64,000 nucleotides of DNA from the NCBI GenBank assembly GCA_021740845.1, contig JAIOYZ010000001.1, positions 147,246 through 211,245 of the forward strand. The letters run 5' to 3'. This DNA is from Bacteroidia bacterium (GTDB lineage Bacteria > Bacteroidota > Bacteroidia > UKL13-3). The notes under the pieces are model-generated. The model was not told where the DNA came from. It saw nothing but the letters and a program-made list of their open reading frames with translations, and did no database searches. Positions 53,548 to 63,374 of the stretch are shown here, piece by piece (the stretch's first letter is position 1; the number at the start of each line of letters is the position of its first letter). The translations under genes and the position numbers were made by a program.

Positions 53548-53935
53548 GAGAGTAAATAATAGTTTCAAATATCTGTTTATCTTGTCTATTGTGCTAATTT
53601 TTTCGTGTAATAACGATGGATTGCAGACGGTAGACAAACCTAAAAACCTGATTTCGCAAGAGAAATTGGCAGAGATAATTTCGGATATTCACATAGCCGA
53701 GTCGGGCTTGCAGTTGAGTAATTTGTCTCCCGATTCTTTAAACAGAATGACTGCTGGGTACTATGATTTTATTTTTGACAAACACCAAGTAAAACAATCC
53801 GACTTTGAAATGAGTTACAGTTATTACCTTGGTAACCCTCCCGAAATGGATTCCATTTACCTTAAAGTTATCGATGGACTAAACTCCAAAGATTCTCGTT
53901 CGCGAGGTGTTTTGGTGGAACCAAGCAACCCATAA
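53546..53935 (+). CDS. DUF4296-family lipoprotein
   Basis: Lipobox IFSC, KPKNLIS.EK...I..DIHIAE and F..SY.YY. Confidence 0.85.
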   Translation: MRVNNSFKYLFILSIVLIFSCNNDGLQTVDKPKNLISQEKLAEIISDIHIAESGLQLSNLSPDSLNRMTAGYYDFIFDKHQVKQSDFEMSYSYYLGNPPEMDSIYLKVIDGLNSKDSRSRGVLVEPSNP

Positions 53936-53953
53936 TAAGTAAAAAATAGAACT

Positions 53954-56350
53954 TTGACATATCCTAAAAATATTGAGCAAAAACTTGGGTTCAACCAAGT
54001 AAAAGAATTAGTGCAAGCTCGCTGTCTTTCTCCAATGGGAATGCAGTATATAGACCGTATTCGTTTTGTAAATCGTTTTGATTTACTGGAGAAAATGTTG
54101 CAGCAAACCAAGGAATTTAAAACTTTGTTGCAGGAAGATACTCCTTTTCCAAATGAACATTATTTTGATGTTGGTCCGTGGTTACATAAAGCCAAAATTG
54201 AAGGCGTTTGGCTTCAAGAGGATGAATTGCAACAGATGAAATTGGTATTGCAAACCTTTCTTCAAGTTACTCGATATTTTAGAGAAAGGAATGGGAAATA
54301 CCCTCAGTTAGAATCTTTATTAGAAGGATTAATCATCAATGATTTAATAATTCGTAGAATAGATAGAATCATCGATTTGGAAGGAAATCTGCGTCCAAAT
54401 GCTTCGCCAGATTTGTCTAAAATTTCTTCCAAGATTGCTGAGAAAGAATCGGAGATTAGAAAACGTATTCAAAAGTTATTTGATAAAAATACCGATTTAG
54501 GTTATTTAACGGAACAAATTGGTATTACAATTCGTGAAGGTAGATTGGTATTGCCTGTTTTGGCTGAACATAAGCGCCATGTTCCAGGTTTTGTTCACGA
54601 TGAATCTAATACAGGCCAAACAGTTTATATTGAGCCTTCGGAGTGTTTTGATTTAAATAATATGCTGCGTGAATTGCAAATTGCTTACCGCAGAGAACGC
54701 GAACGTATTTTATTAGAATTAACTGATCAAATCCGACCAGAAATACCAGAACTCGAAAAGAATTTACAGCGCTTAGGTTTGTTTGATTTTATTAGAGCAA
54801 AAGCTTTAACTGCTATTGCTATGAAAGCAGACATGCCTATTTTGAACAAGCACCCAAGTTTAAATTTGGTTAATGCTTACCATCCATTGCTCCGCATGAG
54901 TCATGATAAATTGGGATTGAAAACAGTTCCTTTGTCTATGAGTTTAAACAGAGATAAGCATATTGTGGTTATTTCTGGTCCTAATGCTGGTGGAAAATCT
55001 GTTTGCCTTAAAACAGTTGGTTTGCTACAATATATGTTGCAAACAGGTTTTTTAATTTCTTGTGATAGCCACAGTGAAGTGGGTGTTTACAAAGAAATGA
55101 TGGTAGATATTGGCGACGAGCAAAGTATAGAAAATGATTTGAGTACATATAGTTCTCATCTATTGAGCATGAAAAACTTCTGCGATTTTGCAGATGGTAA
55201 AACCTTGTTTTTAATTGATGAATTTGGAACCGGTACCGACCCGCAATTTGGAGGACCCTTGGCCGAGGCCATTCTTCATCATTTAGCACAAAAGAAGGCT
55301 CAAGGTGTTGTTACAACTCACTTTAGTAATTTAAAGAATTTTGCTGCCAACTATTCGGGTTTGGAAAATGCAAGCATGTTATTTGATCATCAAAACATGC
55401 AACCACTTTATATCTTAGAATTGGGTAAACCCGGTAGTAGTTATGCTTTTGAGCTTGCAGTAAAGAGCGGTTTGAACCAACACATTATCAACTATGCAAA
55501 AAATAAGGTAGGAGATAAACAGCGAAAGGTGGATGACTTATTAGTGGAGTTGGAAAAGGAGAAGAGTCAAGTTAGTGAGCTCAAAGCACGGTTTACAGAA
55601 AAGGAAAATAAGTCGCAACAACTTTTGGTTCAATACGAAAAATTAACCGACGAATTAGAAAAGAACAAACGCCTTTTAATTAAGCAGGCAAAGCAAGAAG
55701 CATTGGCAATTGTAACTGAGGCCAATAGTAGAATTGAAGCCACAATTAGAGAAATAAAAGAAAAGCAAGCCGATTCTGAAGTTCAAAAAAAGGCGCGTAC
55801 CGAAATTAAAGAAGAACTAAAAGAATTGAAAACCTTTGTAGAAAAGGAAAAGGTTTTGGAGTTAGAAACAAAACCGAAAATTTCTGCTGATCAAGAAATC
55901 AAAATTGGTGATTCTGTTAGAGTAATTGGTCAGGAAAATATTGGCGAAGTTATAAGTATACATAAGAACATTGCCAATGTAGCTATGGGTGAATTGCGCT
56001 CAAACATAAACTTAAATAAACTTGAAAAGTTAAGTAAAGCTGAGGTAAAGACTTCACTTAAAAATGCACCTAAAGGCATCGATTTAAATTCTAAGATGCA
56101 GAACTTTACCCATGAGTTAAATATTATAGGAACTAGGGGAGAAGAGGCAATAAGAGCAATGAACGATTTTGTGGATGAGGCAATTTTACTTGGCATTAAA
56201 CAAGTTAGAATTGTTCATGGTAAAGGTTATGGAATCCTAAGAAAATTGGTTAGAGAGCAATTGCAACACAATAAATTTGTTGTGAATTGCCACGATGAGC
56301 ACATAGAATTAGGAGGAGATGGGGTAACTATTGTGAATTTGAGAGTTTAA
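53954..56350 (+). CDS. mutS2: Endonuclease MutS2 (Smr domain)
   Basis: TTG start. ISGPNAGGKS, DEFGTGTDP, and the C-terminal Smr motif IVHGKG.G.L. Confidence 0.95.
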   Translation: MTYPKNIEQKLGFNQVKELVQARCLSPMGMQYIDRIRFVNRFDLLEKMLQQTKEFKTLLQEDTPFPNEHYFDVGPWLHKAKIEGVWLQEDELQQMKLVLQTFLQVTRYFRERNGKYPQLESLLEGLIINDLIIRRIDRIIDLEGNLRPNASPDLSKISSKIAEKESEIRKRIQKLFDKNTDLGYLTEQIGITIREGRLVLPVLAEHKRHVPGFVHDESNTGQTVYIEPSECFDLNNMLRELQIAYRRERERILLELTDQIRPEIPELEKNLQRLGLFDFIRAKALTAIAMKADMPILNKHPSLNLVNAYHPLLRMSHDKLGLKTVPLSMSLNRDKHIVVISGPNAGGKSVCLKTVGLLQYMLQTGFLISCDSHSEVGVYKEMMVDIGDEQSIENDLSTYSSHLLSMKNFCDFADGKTLFLIDEFGTGTDPQFGGPLAEAILHHLAQKKAQGVVTTHFSNLKNFAANYSGLENASMLFDHQNMQPLYILELGKPGSSYAFELAVKSGLNQHIINYAKNKVGDKQRKVDDLLVELEKEKSQVSELKARFTEKENKSQQLLVQYEKLTDELEKNKRLLIKQAKQEALAIVTEANSRIEATIREIKEKQADSEVQKKARTEIKEELKELKTFVEKEKVLELETKPKISADQEIKIGDSVRVIGQENIGEVISIHKNIANVAMGELRSNINLNKLEKLSKAEVKTSLKNAPKGIDLNSKMQNFTHELNIIGTRGEEAIRAMNDFVDEAILLGIKQVRIVHGKGYGILRKLVREQLQHNKFVVNCHDEHIELGGDGVTIVNLRV

Positions 56351-56848
56351 TTATCCCTTAAGAAGTTCATCAATTTTCTTGATTATCTTATTGCTAGTTG
56401 GTTCTGTTATGGTTAAATAGTAATCAACCAACTCGCCTTTTTTGTTTATTAAGTACTTATGGAAATTCCATTTAGGCGACATGCTTAAGATGCCATTTTC
56501 TGATTTGTTACTTAAGAATTTATATAATGGATCTGCGTCTGAACCTTTTACTTTTATTTTGTTGAAAATTGGAAAGGTATTGTGGTATTTAAGTTCACAG
56601 AAATTTTGTATTTCAGCGCCATTCAAAGGTTCTTGACCTCCAAAATCGTTGCTGGGAAAAGCCAATATTTCAAAATCTTTGCCCGAATACATTTCGTATA
56701 ATTTTTGTAGGGATTTTAATTGAGGAGTATATCCGCATTCACTTGCGGTATTTACAATAAGAAGGACTTTTCCCTTATATTTAGATAAGGAAATATCTTC
56801 TCCTTGGAGATTTTTAACTAGAATTGGATAAACGGTAGGTTTGGTCAT
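56351..56848 (-). CDS. Glutathione peroxidase family (Cys-type)
   Basis: VNTASECGYT.Q, FPSNDFG.QEP and WNF.KYL motifs. Confidence 0.95.
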   Translation of the reverse strand: MTKPTVYPILVKNLQGEDISLSKYKGKVLLIVNTASECGYTPQLKSLQKLYEMYSGKDFEILAFPSNDFGGQEPLNGAEIQNFCELKYHNTFPIFNKIKVKGSDADPLYKFLSNKSENGILSMSPKWNFHKYLINKKGELVDYYLTITEPTSNKIIKKIDELLKG

Positions 56849-57011
56849 GTATTGGCAACATACCTGTTGCTGTTTTGTTTGCGATTAAAATTGTATTTGT
56901 TAATTGGGTTCAAGAAATAAAATTACTTTAATTTTTGTGTTTTATTTTTTATTCTTTGATACAATCAGTAAGATTGCAGACTTACCTAATAGGAAAAGGC
57001 AAATATATAGG

Positions 57012-57395
57012 ATGAAAGAAAACACTAAAATTATTATTATAGACGACGATAATGTTACCGTTTTTTTAAGCAGGCGTATACTATTTAATTTTGATCCTTC
57101 TTTTGAGTTTTCTTCCTTTTTGTCTGGTTTAGAAGCAATTGATTTTGTTAGAAACAATTATTTAGATAAGAATACCATAATATTGTTAGACATCAATATG
57201 CCAGATTATTCTGGGTGGGATTTCTTAAATGATTTTATGTTAATCGAATCTACTTGTCATGTGTTTATGTTTACCTCAAGTATTGATTTGGTTGATTTGG
57301 AAAAATCTAGAACATACAGCAAGGTAAAAGGCTTTATTTCTAAGCCATTAACTCCCGATAAAATTCAAAAAATTATTTCAGAATCTATTGGTTAA
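57012..57395 (+). CDS. Single-domain response regulator
   Basis: IIDDD, LLDINMP, TSS and ISKPL motifs. Start is the ATG at 57012. Confidence 0.9.
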   Translation: MKENTKIIIIDDDNVTVFLSRRILFNFDPSFEFSSFLSGLEAIDFVRNNYLDKNTIILLDINMPDYSGWDFLNDFMLIESTCHVFMFTSSIDLVDLEKSRTYSKVKGFISKPLTPDKIQKIISESIG

Positions 57396-57498
57396 TAGAT
57401 TTTTAAAACAGCAAGCTGAGCTTCCATAAAATAATATTTGTATATACATATAATGTTTGTACATTTGTCCTCGAATTAAACAAAATAATATTTCAAAT

Positions 57499-58029
57499 AT
57501 GAGCACAAAATGGACAATCGATCCGATGCATTCGGAAATCGAATTTAAAGTGAAGCATTTAATGATTTCTACTGTAACAGGTAAGTTTACAAGTTTTACT
57601 GCAGAAGCAGAAACAGAAAACGATGAGTTTACAAATGCAAATATTTCTTTTTCAGCTGATGTAAACTCAATTACAACTGGTAACGAACAAAGAGATGGAC
57701 ATTTAAAAAGTGATGATTTCTTTAATGTTGAACAATTTCCAGCATTAACCTTTAAGTCAACACATTTAAGCAAAGATGCAAACGGTGCAATTACTTTAAC
57801 TGGTGATTTAACCATTAGAGATATTACCAAATCTGTAGTGTTAACAGGTGAGTTCAACGGTTTAATGACAGATTTTTATGGTAATGTAAAGGCTGGTTTT
57901 GAATTGGCAGGAAAATTAAATCGTAAAGATTATAACCTTAAGTGGACCGCAACAACAGAAGCAGGTGGAGTTGTAGTGAGTGATGAAGTAAAGTTGATTT
58001 GTAACATACAAATGACTAAAGTTGCCTAA
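57499..58029 (+). CDS. YceI-family polyisoprenoid-binding protein
   Basis: W.IDP.HSEI.FKVKH and RDGHLKS.DFF. TACATTTG promoter element at 57460. Confidence 0.95.
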   Translation: MSTKWTIDPMHSEIEFKVKHLMISTVTGKFTSFTAEAETENDEFTNANISFSADVNSITTGNEQRDGHLKSDDFFNVEQFPALTFKSTHLSKDANGAITLTGDLTIRDITKSVVLTGEFNGLMTDFYGNVKAGFELAGKLNRKDYNLKWTATTEAGGVVVSDEVKLICNIQMTKVA

Positions 58030-58041
58030 AATTATTTTGGG

Positions 58042-58440
58042 ATGAAAAAGGATATTAAGTATTCAAAAGTATTGAAGGCTGCATTTATGGGCGGCTTAAT
58101 TGCAGCAGGTTTAAATGTGGCTTGGCTTTATATTTTGGAGTTTGCCGTTAATATTCAAGGATTGCCAAAAGGATTTACAGTGGCAGTTGTAATTTCATCC
58201 ATTCTTCCTTTATTAGTTGGAGCTTTGGTTTATGGGTTCTTAATAAAGAGTTTCTTAAAAGGCCAAATGCTATTCTATATTTTAAGTGTAGCTTTTGCCG
58301 TTTTTAGTTTGTTCCCTTCCTTTCAAGAAATATTACCCGATGGAAATGTGGCTCCAGCAAATTTTGCTTTGCTTACTGTTCCAATGCATTTAATTGCTGC
58401 AGTTGTTGGCGTTTATTTCATTGTAAAAAAGAGCGACTAA
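58042..58440 (+). CDS. Small 4-TM membrane protein
   Basis: Four hydrophobic segments; PMHLIAA in the last helix. Confidence 0.7.
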   Translation: MKKDIKYSKVLKAAFMGGLIAAGLNVAWLYILEFAVNIQGLPKGFTVAVVISSILPLLVGALVYGFLIKSFLKGQMLFYILSVAFAVFSLFPSFQEILPDGNVAPANFALLTVPMHLIAAVVGVYFIVKKSD

Positions 58441-58486
58441 GTATTTATTTGGTTTGAAATAATTTCTAATTTCATTAAAATGCATC

Positions 58487-58918
58487 ATGAGCGAAACCAT
58501 TAAAAAATATAGTAATTCAGATATTACCATACAGTGGCAACCCGAGAAATGCATCCATTCAACTTTATGTTGGAAAGGATTGGTTCAAGTATTCAATCCT
58601 CGCGAAAAACCATGGGTGAAAATGGATGGAGCCAGCACAGAAGAAATTAGGGAGCAGGTAAAAAAATGTCCAAGTGGTGCTTTGAGCTTTCAAAATAATA
58701 TACAAGAGGTTCGGTTTGAACCAAACGCGGTTGAAAGTGAAATTAGCATTGTGGTTACTGAAAATGGTCCATTATTGGTTCAAGGCAAAAGCTTAATTAA
58801 AGAAACAAATGGAACTGTTCACGTAAAAGAAAATACAACTGCCTTATGCAGATGCGGCGCTTCAAGCAATAAACCTTTTTGTGATGGCACACACCGTAAA
58901 ATTAATTTTAAAGGATAA
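58487..58918 (+). CDS. Divergent 4Fe-4S domain + CDGSH iron-sulfur domain protein
   Basis: CIHS..C, CPSGAL and LCRCGASSNKPFCDGTH. Confidence 0.92.
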   Translation: MSETIKKYSNSDITIQWQPEKCIHSTLCWKGLVQVFNPREKPWVKMDGASTEEIREQVKKCPSGALSFQNNIQEVRFEPNAVESEISIVVTENGPLLVQGKSLIKETNGTVHVKENTTALCRCGASSNKPFCDGTHRKINFKG

Positions 58919-58919
58919 A

Positions 58920-59603
58920 TTGAAACAGGCTGCATTTGTAAGCCTGTTTCTTTTAATGAGTTTTTCAATGCAAGCAAAAGATAGCATTTTATATGTGTTT
59001 GATCCAATGTGTGGCTGGTGTTATGGTTTTTCTAATATCATAAAACAAGCCTCTCACGAGTATCAAAATGATTTTGAATTTTCCATCCTCAGTGGCGGAA
59101 TGGTAGTAGGAGAACGTGAAGGTCCTATTGGAGATTTTGCAGATTATATACTAGGCGCTTACAAACGTGTGGAAGACTTATCTGGCGCCACTTTTGGTGA
59201 ACCCTATTTAAATCAACTCAAAACAAAATCTATTCATACTTCTTCAGTAATTCCTTCAATTGCATTGGAGGTTTTTAAGTCGTACCAGCCTCAATTGGCA
59301 ATTTCTTTTGCCAGCGATTTGCAGAAAGCATATTATTTAGAGGGTTTAGATTTAAGGCAAGATTCAGTTTATATTGGTTTGATCCAAAAATACAATTTGC
59401 CAGAAAGTGAGTTTTTAGAAAAACTTCATAGCGAAGAGTTCAAAGAAAAGGCTTTCGCAGGATTTCAAGAAAGCGCTCAAATGGGCGTTCAAGGATATCC
59501 AGCGGTAATTGGTATTAAAAATGGTAAGTATTATATGCTAAGCAATGGGTTTACCGATTATAAAAACTTAACTTCACTTTTAGAAAAATTAAAATCGCTG
59601 TAA
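58920..59603 (+). CDS. DsbA-family (thioredoxin-fold) protein
   Basis: DPMCGWCYGF and GVQGYP. Probable TTG start at 58920 with a signal peptide. Confidence 0.88.
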   Translation: MKQAAFVSLFLLMSFSMQAKDSILYVFDPMCGWCYGFSNIIKQASHEYQNDFEFSILSGGMVVGEREGPIGDFADYILGAYKRVEDLSGATFGEPYLNQLKTKSIHTSSVIPSIALEVFKSYQPQLAISFASDLQKAYYLEGLDLRQDSVYIGLIQKYNLPESEFLEKLHSEEFKEKAFAGFQESAQMGVQGYPAVIGIKNGKYYMLSNGFTDYKNLTSLLEKLKSL

Positions 59604-60472
59604 TGGATCGTAAGTCTTTTATAAAGGCTAGTATGCTAATCCCTTTTTTAGGTATGGAAATCAAAGATTTTGAGGAGGCATTAGGCGAAAATGCCTTAAT
59701 GGAGAAAATGCCTGTTTTGTTTGTAGGTCATGGAAACCCCATGAATGCGATTATGCCCAACGAATACAGCAAAAAATGGAAAGCAATAGGAGAACAACTT
59801 CCAACTCCCAAAGCTATTTTATGTGTTTCTGCGCATTGGCAAACCAGAGGCACACAAGTAACAGCAATGCCTCAACCCAAAACCATCCACGATTTTGGGG
59901 GCTTTCCAAAATCACTTTTTGAGGTGGAGTATCCAGCACCTGGAATTTCTTCTGCTTTAGCCCAAAAAACAATAGAGGCAATTAAAGAAGTGCATGTTAC
60001 CAAAGACTTTGAATGGGGCCTCGACCATGGTTGTTGGAGTGTTTTAAAACCTATGTTCCCTAAAGCTAATATTCCTACTTTTCAATTGAGTTTGGATTAT
60101 TTGTCCAAACCAGAAACGCATTTCAAAATTGGGATGCAATTGCAATCCTTGAGGCAAAAAGGAGTGTTGATAATTGGTAGCGGAAACCTAGTTCATAATT
60201 TAGGTAAATTGAGTCATGAGAATAAACCTCATGATTGGGCTATTGAATTTGATGAGCTAGCCAAAAATAAGATTCTTGAAGGAAATTTCGCGTCATTGGT
60301 TGGTTACAAAGGTTTAGGTAAGGCAGCGTCACTTTCAATTCCTACAAACGAACATTATCTTCCTTTGCTGTATACACTTGCCTTAAAACAAAGTTCCGAC
60401 TCTTTACAATTTTTTAATGAAAGCATCGATATGGGGTCAATCTCCATGCGTAGCTTACTTATTGGAGCATAA
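59603..60472 (+). CDS. ygiD: 4,5-DOPA dioxygenase extradiol family
   Basis: FVGHGNPMN, SAHW, HDFGGFP, GLDHG and EHYLPL motifs. Confidence 0.92.
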   Translation: MDRKSFIKASMLIPFLGMEIKDFEEALGENALMEKMPVLFVGHGNPMNAIMPNEYSKKWKAIGEQLPTPKAILCVSAHWQTRGTQVTAMPQPKTIHDFGGFPKSLFEVEYPAPGISSALAQKTIEAIKEVHVTKDFEWGLDHGCWSVLKPMFPKANIPTFQLSLDYLSKPETHFKIGMQLQSLRQKGVLIIGSGNLVHNLGKLSHENKPHDWAIEFDELAKNKILEGNFASLVGYKGLGKAASLSIPTNEHYLPLLYTLALKQSSDSLQFFNESIDMGSISMRSLLIGA

Positions 60473-60552
60473 AGTCCAATTTTTAAAACCTTCTTTTAAA
60501 ATCGTGAATAAAAAGTAGTTCGTGTTTAACCTCTGAAAATTACTTTTGTGAT

Positions 60553-61947
60553 GTGTATGCAATTGTAGATATAGAAACCACTGGTGGCCATGCCATGCAA
60601 AATAGAATCACAGAGATTTCTATTTTTGTTCATGATGGTCAAAAAATCATTGATCACTTTGAGTCTTTGGTTCACCCAGAAATGACCATACCTCCCTATA
60701 TACAAGCCTTTACTGGAATTAGTAATGAGATGGTGGCAAATGCCCCACATTTTTCAGGCATTGCAGAAAAGGTATTTAAACTCTTGGATGGAAATATTTT
60801 CATTGCTCATAATGTAAATTTCGACCATAGTTTTATCAAACACCAATTGCAGGAATCTGGTTATGATTTGCAAGTGAAAAAACTATGTACCGTTCGCTTA
60901 AGTAGAAAAATTGTTCCTGGTCACCGTTCTTATAGCTTAGGGAATATATGTGCAGCACTTCATATCCAATTAGAAAACAGACACCGCGCTGGTGGTGATG
61001 CATTAGCCACTGTAAAATTATTTGAATACCTAATTGCTCACGATACAGAAAACCACATCGACGATTCCTTAAAACGTGGTTCTAAAGAACAAGTGCTTCC
61101 TCCCAATGTTAGCAAAAGCGATTTTGAAAAATTACCTAAATCGCCCGGCGTTTATTATTTTGTAAACGATAAAGGTTTGGCCGTTTATGTAGGTAAAGCC
61201 AAAAATATTAGAACTAGGGTAGGCACTCATTTTAGCGGCGATTTAAAAGGAAAGCAAAAGCAAAATTTCATGCGTGATGTGCATGGGTTCAGCCATACCC
61301 AAACTGGTAATGAACTTTTGGCCATTCTTCTGGAGAGTCATGAAATTCGCAGGCTTTGGCCAGATGAAAATAGAGCGCAAAAAAAGGTGCAGCAGGTATA
61401 TGGCTTGTTTGATTATTTGGATCAAAACAACAAAATACGTTTTGGAATTGAAAAGGTAAGAAAAGACCAAAAGCCATTGGTTGCATTTTCTACACATGCT
61501 GCCGCATTGCAATACCTCAATGAATTAATTAACGAGTATGGCTTATGTCCTAAACTTTGCAATTCGCAAACCAATAAAGCAGATTGCATTCAGGTGCAAC
61601 ACAATATTTGTGATGGATATTGCTTGGTAGCAGAAAATGTAGCAGCCTATAACGCCAAAGCCCAAAGTTTCTTTGATTTTTTAACATCAGAAAGAAAGGC
61701 TTACTTCATCGTTGGTAAAGGTCGTAATTACAAAGAACAGGCGGTTATTATTTATGAACCTGGAAATTATATCGGTTATATTTTTGTTTCTTTAAAAGAG
61801 CAAATAGATTTCGACCATGTGAAAGAAAATGCTACACCATTAAAATTAAATAGTTTAATGGAAACCGTTTTAGCACAAATAGTAAATGGCGAAAAAAGCA
61901 AAGGCTATAAGGTATATACTCAAATGAAAATGGCTGTAGAGATTTAG
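60553..61947 (+). CDS. DEDDh exonuclease (DnaQ-like) fused to a GIY-YIG (UvrC/Cho-like) domain
   Basis: DIETTG, AHNVNFD and HRAGGD, then PGVYYF...YVGKAKNIR.R. GTG start. Confidence 0.92.
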   Translation: MYAIVDIETTGGHAMQNRITEISIFVHDGQKIIDHFESLVHPEMTIPPYIQAFTGISNEMVANAPHFSGIAEKVFKLLDGNIFIAHNVNFDHSFIKHQLQESGYDLQVKKLCTVRLSRKIVPGHRSYSLGNICAALHIQLENRHRAGGDALATVKLFEYLIAHDTENHIDDSLKRGSKEQVLPPNVSKSDFEKLPKSPGVYYFVNDKGLAVYVGKAKNIRTRVGTHFSGDLKGKQKQNFMRDVHGFSHTQTGNELLAILLESHEIRRLWPDENRAQKKVQQVYGLFDYLDQNNKIRFGIEKVRKDQKPLVAFSTHAAALQYLNELINEYGLCPKLCNSQTNKADCIQVQHNICDGYCLVAENVAAYNAKAQSFFDFLTSERKAYFIVGKGRNYKEQAVIIYEPGNYIGYIFVSLKEQIDFDHVKENATPLKLNSLMETVLAQIVNGEKSKGYKVYTQMKMAVEI

Positions 61948-61984
61948 GTTTCTAGGAAATAATATTTCTTAGAAGGGTTTAATC

Positions 61985-62024
61985 GTTTATGTGTTTGTAG
62001 GTTTGAAAGTTTGTAGGTTTAATT
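61985..62024. repeat. Degenerate 8-bp tandem repeat, five units
   Basis: gtttatgt gtttgtag gtttgaaa gtttgtag gtttaatt. Confidence 0.75.
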
Positions 62025-62101
62025 TATTCCTACCTAATCCGCGAACTCGGCTTTCCTTTGCGAACTCCGCGCGAATGGGTAAATAACCATGGAAGCAAAA
62101 T

Positions 62102-62191
62102 TAAGACCAATGTCCAAAGACTAAAGACTAAAGACTAAAGCCCAAAGACCAATCCTCCTAGCTAAAGCTTCGGTGGATAAGACCAAAGACC
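62102..62191. repeat. 7-bp tandem repeat (AAAGACY) interrupted by a short REP-like insert
   Basis: taagacc aatgtcc aaagact x3 aaagccc aaagacc [aatcctcctagctaaagcttcggtgga] taagacc aaagacc. Confidence 0.8.
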
Positions 62192-62196
62192 TTCTT

Positions 62197-62829
62197 CTAA
62201 AACAAATACCCAACTTTAATACCTGTCCTAATTCCAAACCCATTTGTATATGGATTAATTTCAAAAGAGCCAGTTAAATCTTTTCCTACAGGCTTGTTTG
62301 GTTCAGACCGATAATTAGTTGGAAAACTTAAGCAAGCGCCAACGAAAGCATCAATTAAAAATTTATTTCTAAATGTTTTTTGGTAGCCAAATACGTATCC
62401 TAAACTAATTCCGCTTAGGTTTTCTTTATAAATTACAACCTTGTTTTGTGTTGAAGAATCCTGAATATAATAGTTGTTTTTGAAATTGCTATATCTCGCA
62501 AAATATTGGTGGTAAGAGCCATTCCATTTTTCATTCTTTTTTCGATATTTCCTGAAATCCAAAATATATTGAAACCCTTTAATAACAAATGGTTTGGTGT
62601 TGTTTTCATCTATGCCTAAATGAGTATAGACCAAACCGTTTTGTATGCTCCATTTTTCTGAAATAGGAGTTTCTAAACTTAGGTTCAAACTGGCCAAAAA
62701 CGGACTAAGGACATTTACTTTGAGTGCGTAATTTTTGGGTGGTTCTTTTAGTAGCAAAGTTTTATTGGTTTGAGCCAAAAGTTGACTCAAAGAAATGAAG
62801 AAGAAAAAAAGCAGAATCGGTTTTTTCAT
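62197..62829 (-). CDS. DUF3575-like outer-membrane beta-barrel protein
   Basis: Signal peptide, LKVN.LS, and C-terminal R.GIKVGYLF. Confidence 0.7.
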   Translation of the reverse strand: MKKPILLFFFFISLSQLLAQTNKTLLLKEPPKNYALKVNVLSPFLASLNLSLETPISEKWSIQNGLVYTHLGIDENNTKPFVIKGFQYILDFRKYRKKNEKWNGSYHQYFARYSNFKNNYYIQDSSTQNKVVIYKENLSGISLGYVFGYQKTFRNKFLIDAFVGACLSFPTNYRSEPNKPVGKDLTGSFEINPYTNGFGIRTGIKVGYLF

Positions 62830-63374
62830 TAGTTAAATCGATAGCCTAAATTTATTCCAAATCTACCCCAAATTCCATTGATTGGTCCCATCCAATCTGC
62901 TACTCTTGCCGAACTTTTTGTTCCTTCTTTTACTAGGCCAAAATTATAGCTTGGTCCTATAAAAACTTCGGTAGAAATGCGTTCAAAGAATGTCCATTTT
63001 CTCCCAAGAACCAAGCCAACACTACTTGTATTATAACGACTATGCGTTCCAAATTCCTCTGTATATTGGAATTTTAAAAAGGGTTCTACATAAAAACTCT
63101 TTGGTTTTTCTGGACTAAAATAATCTCTAAATCCTGCACCTATTACAAATCCTTTTATTTGGCCAGCATATAAAAAATCAAATCCATTTACCCATAAGTT
63201 TACCGAGGTTTCTGGGCTAGTATATTTTTCGTAGGAAAAGGATATAGAACCTAGTCCTAATGAAATTGGATTCCATTTAATTTCTTTGGTATAGGCAAAT
63301 GGTTTTTCTCTTAGTTCTGTTTGAGCCAAAATTACTTGCGGTAATAGAAATAAAATGAAAATCAAGGGTTTCAT
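62829..63374 (-). CDS. DUF3575-like outer-membrane beta-barrel protein (probable paralog)
   Basis: Signal peptide, IKWNPIS, SYE, and C-terminal RFGINLGYRF. Confidence 0.7.
   Translation of the reverse strand: MKPLIFILFLLPQVILAQTELREKPFAYTKEIKWNPISLGLGSISFSYEKYTSPETSVNLWVNGFDFLYAGQIKGFVIGAGFRDYFSPEKPKSFYVEPFLKFQYTEEFGTHSRYNTSSVGLVLGRKWTFFERISTEVFIGPSYNFGLVKEGTKSSARVADWMGPINGIWGRFGINLGYRFN

Noticed and set aside
53548..53637. 30-aa N-terminal extension of YggS in the ORF track
   Set aside because: It lies within the DUF4296 gene on the opposite strand. YggS similarity begins at MIAANI.
56351..56848. Glutathione peroxidase as a selenoprotein client of SelD
   Set aside because: The catalytic residue is encoded as Cys (ASECG) and the ORF is uninterrupted.
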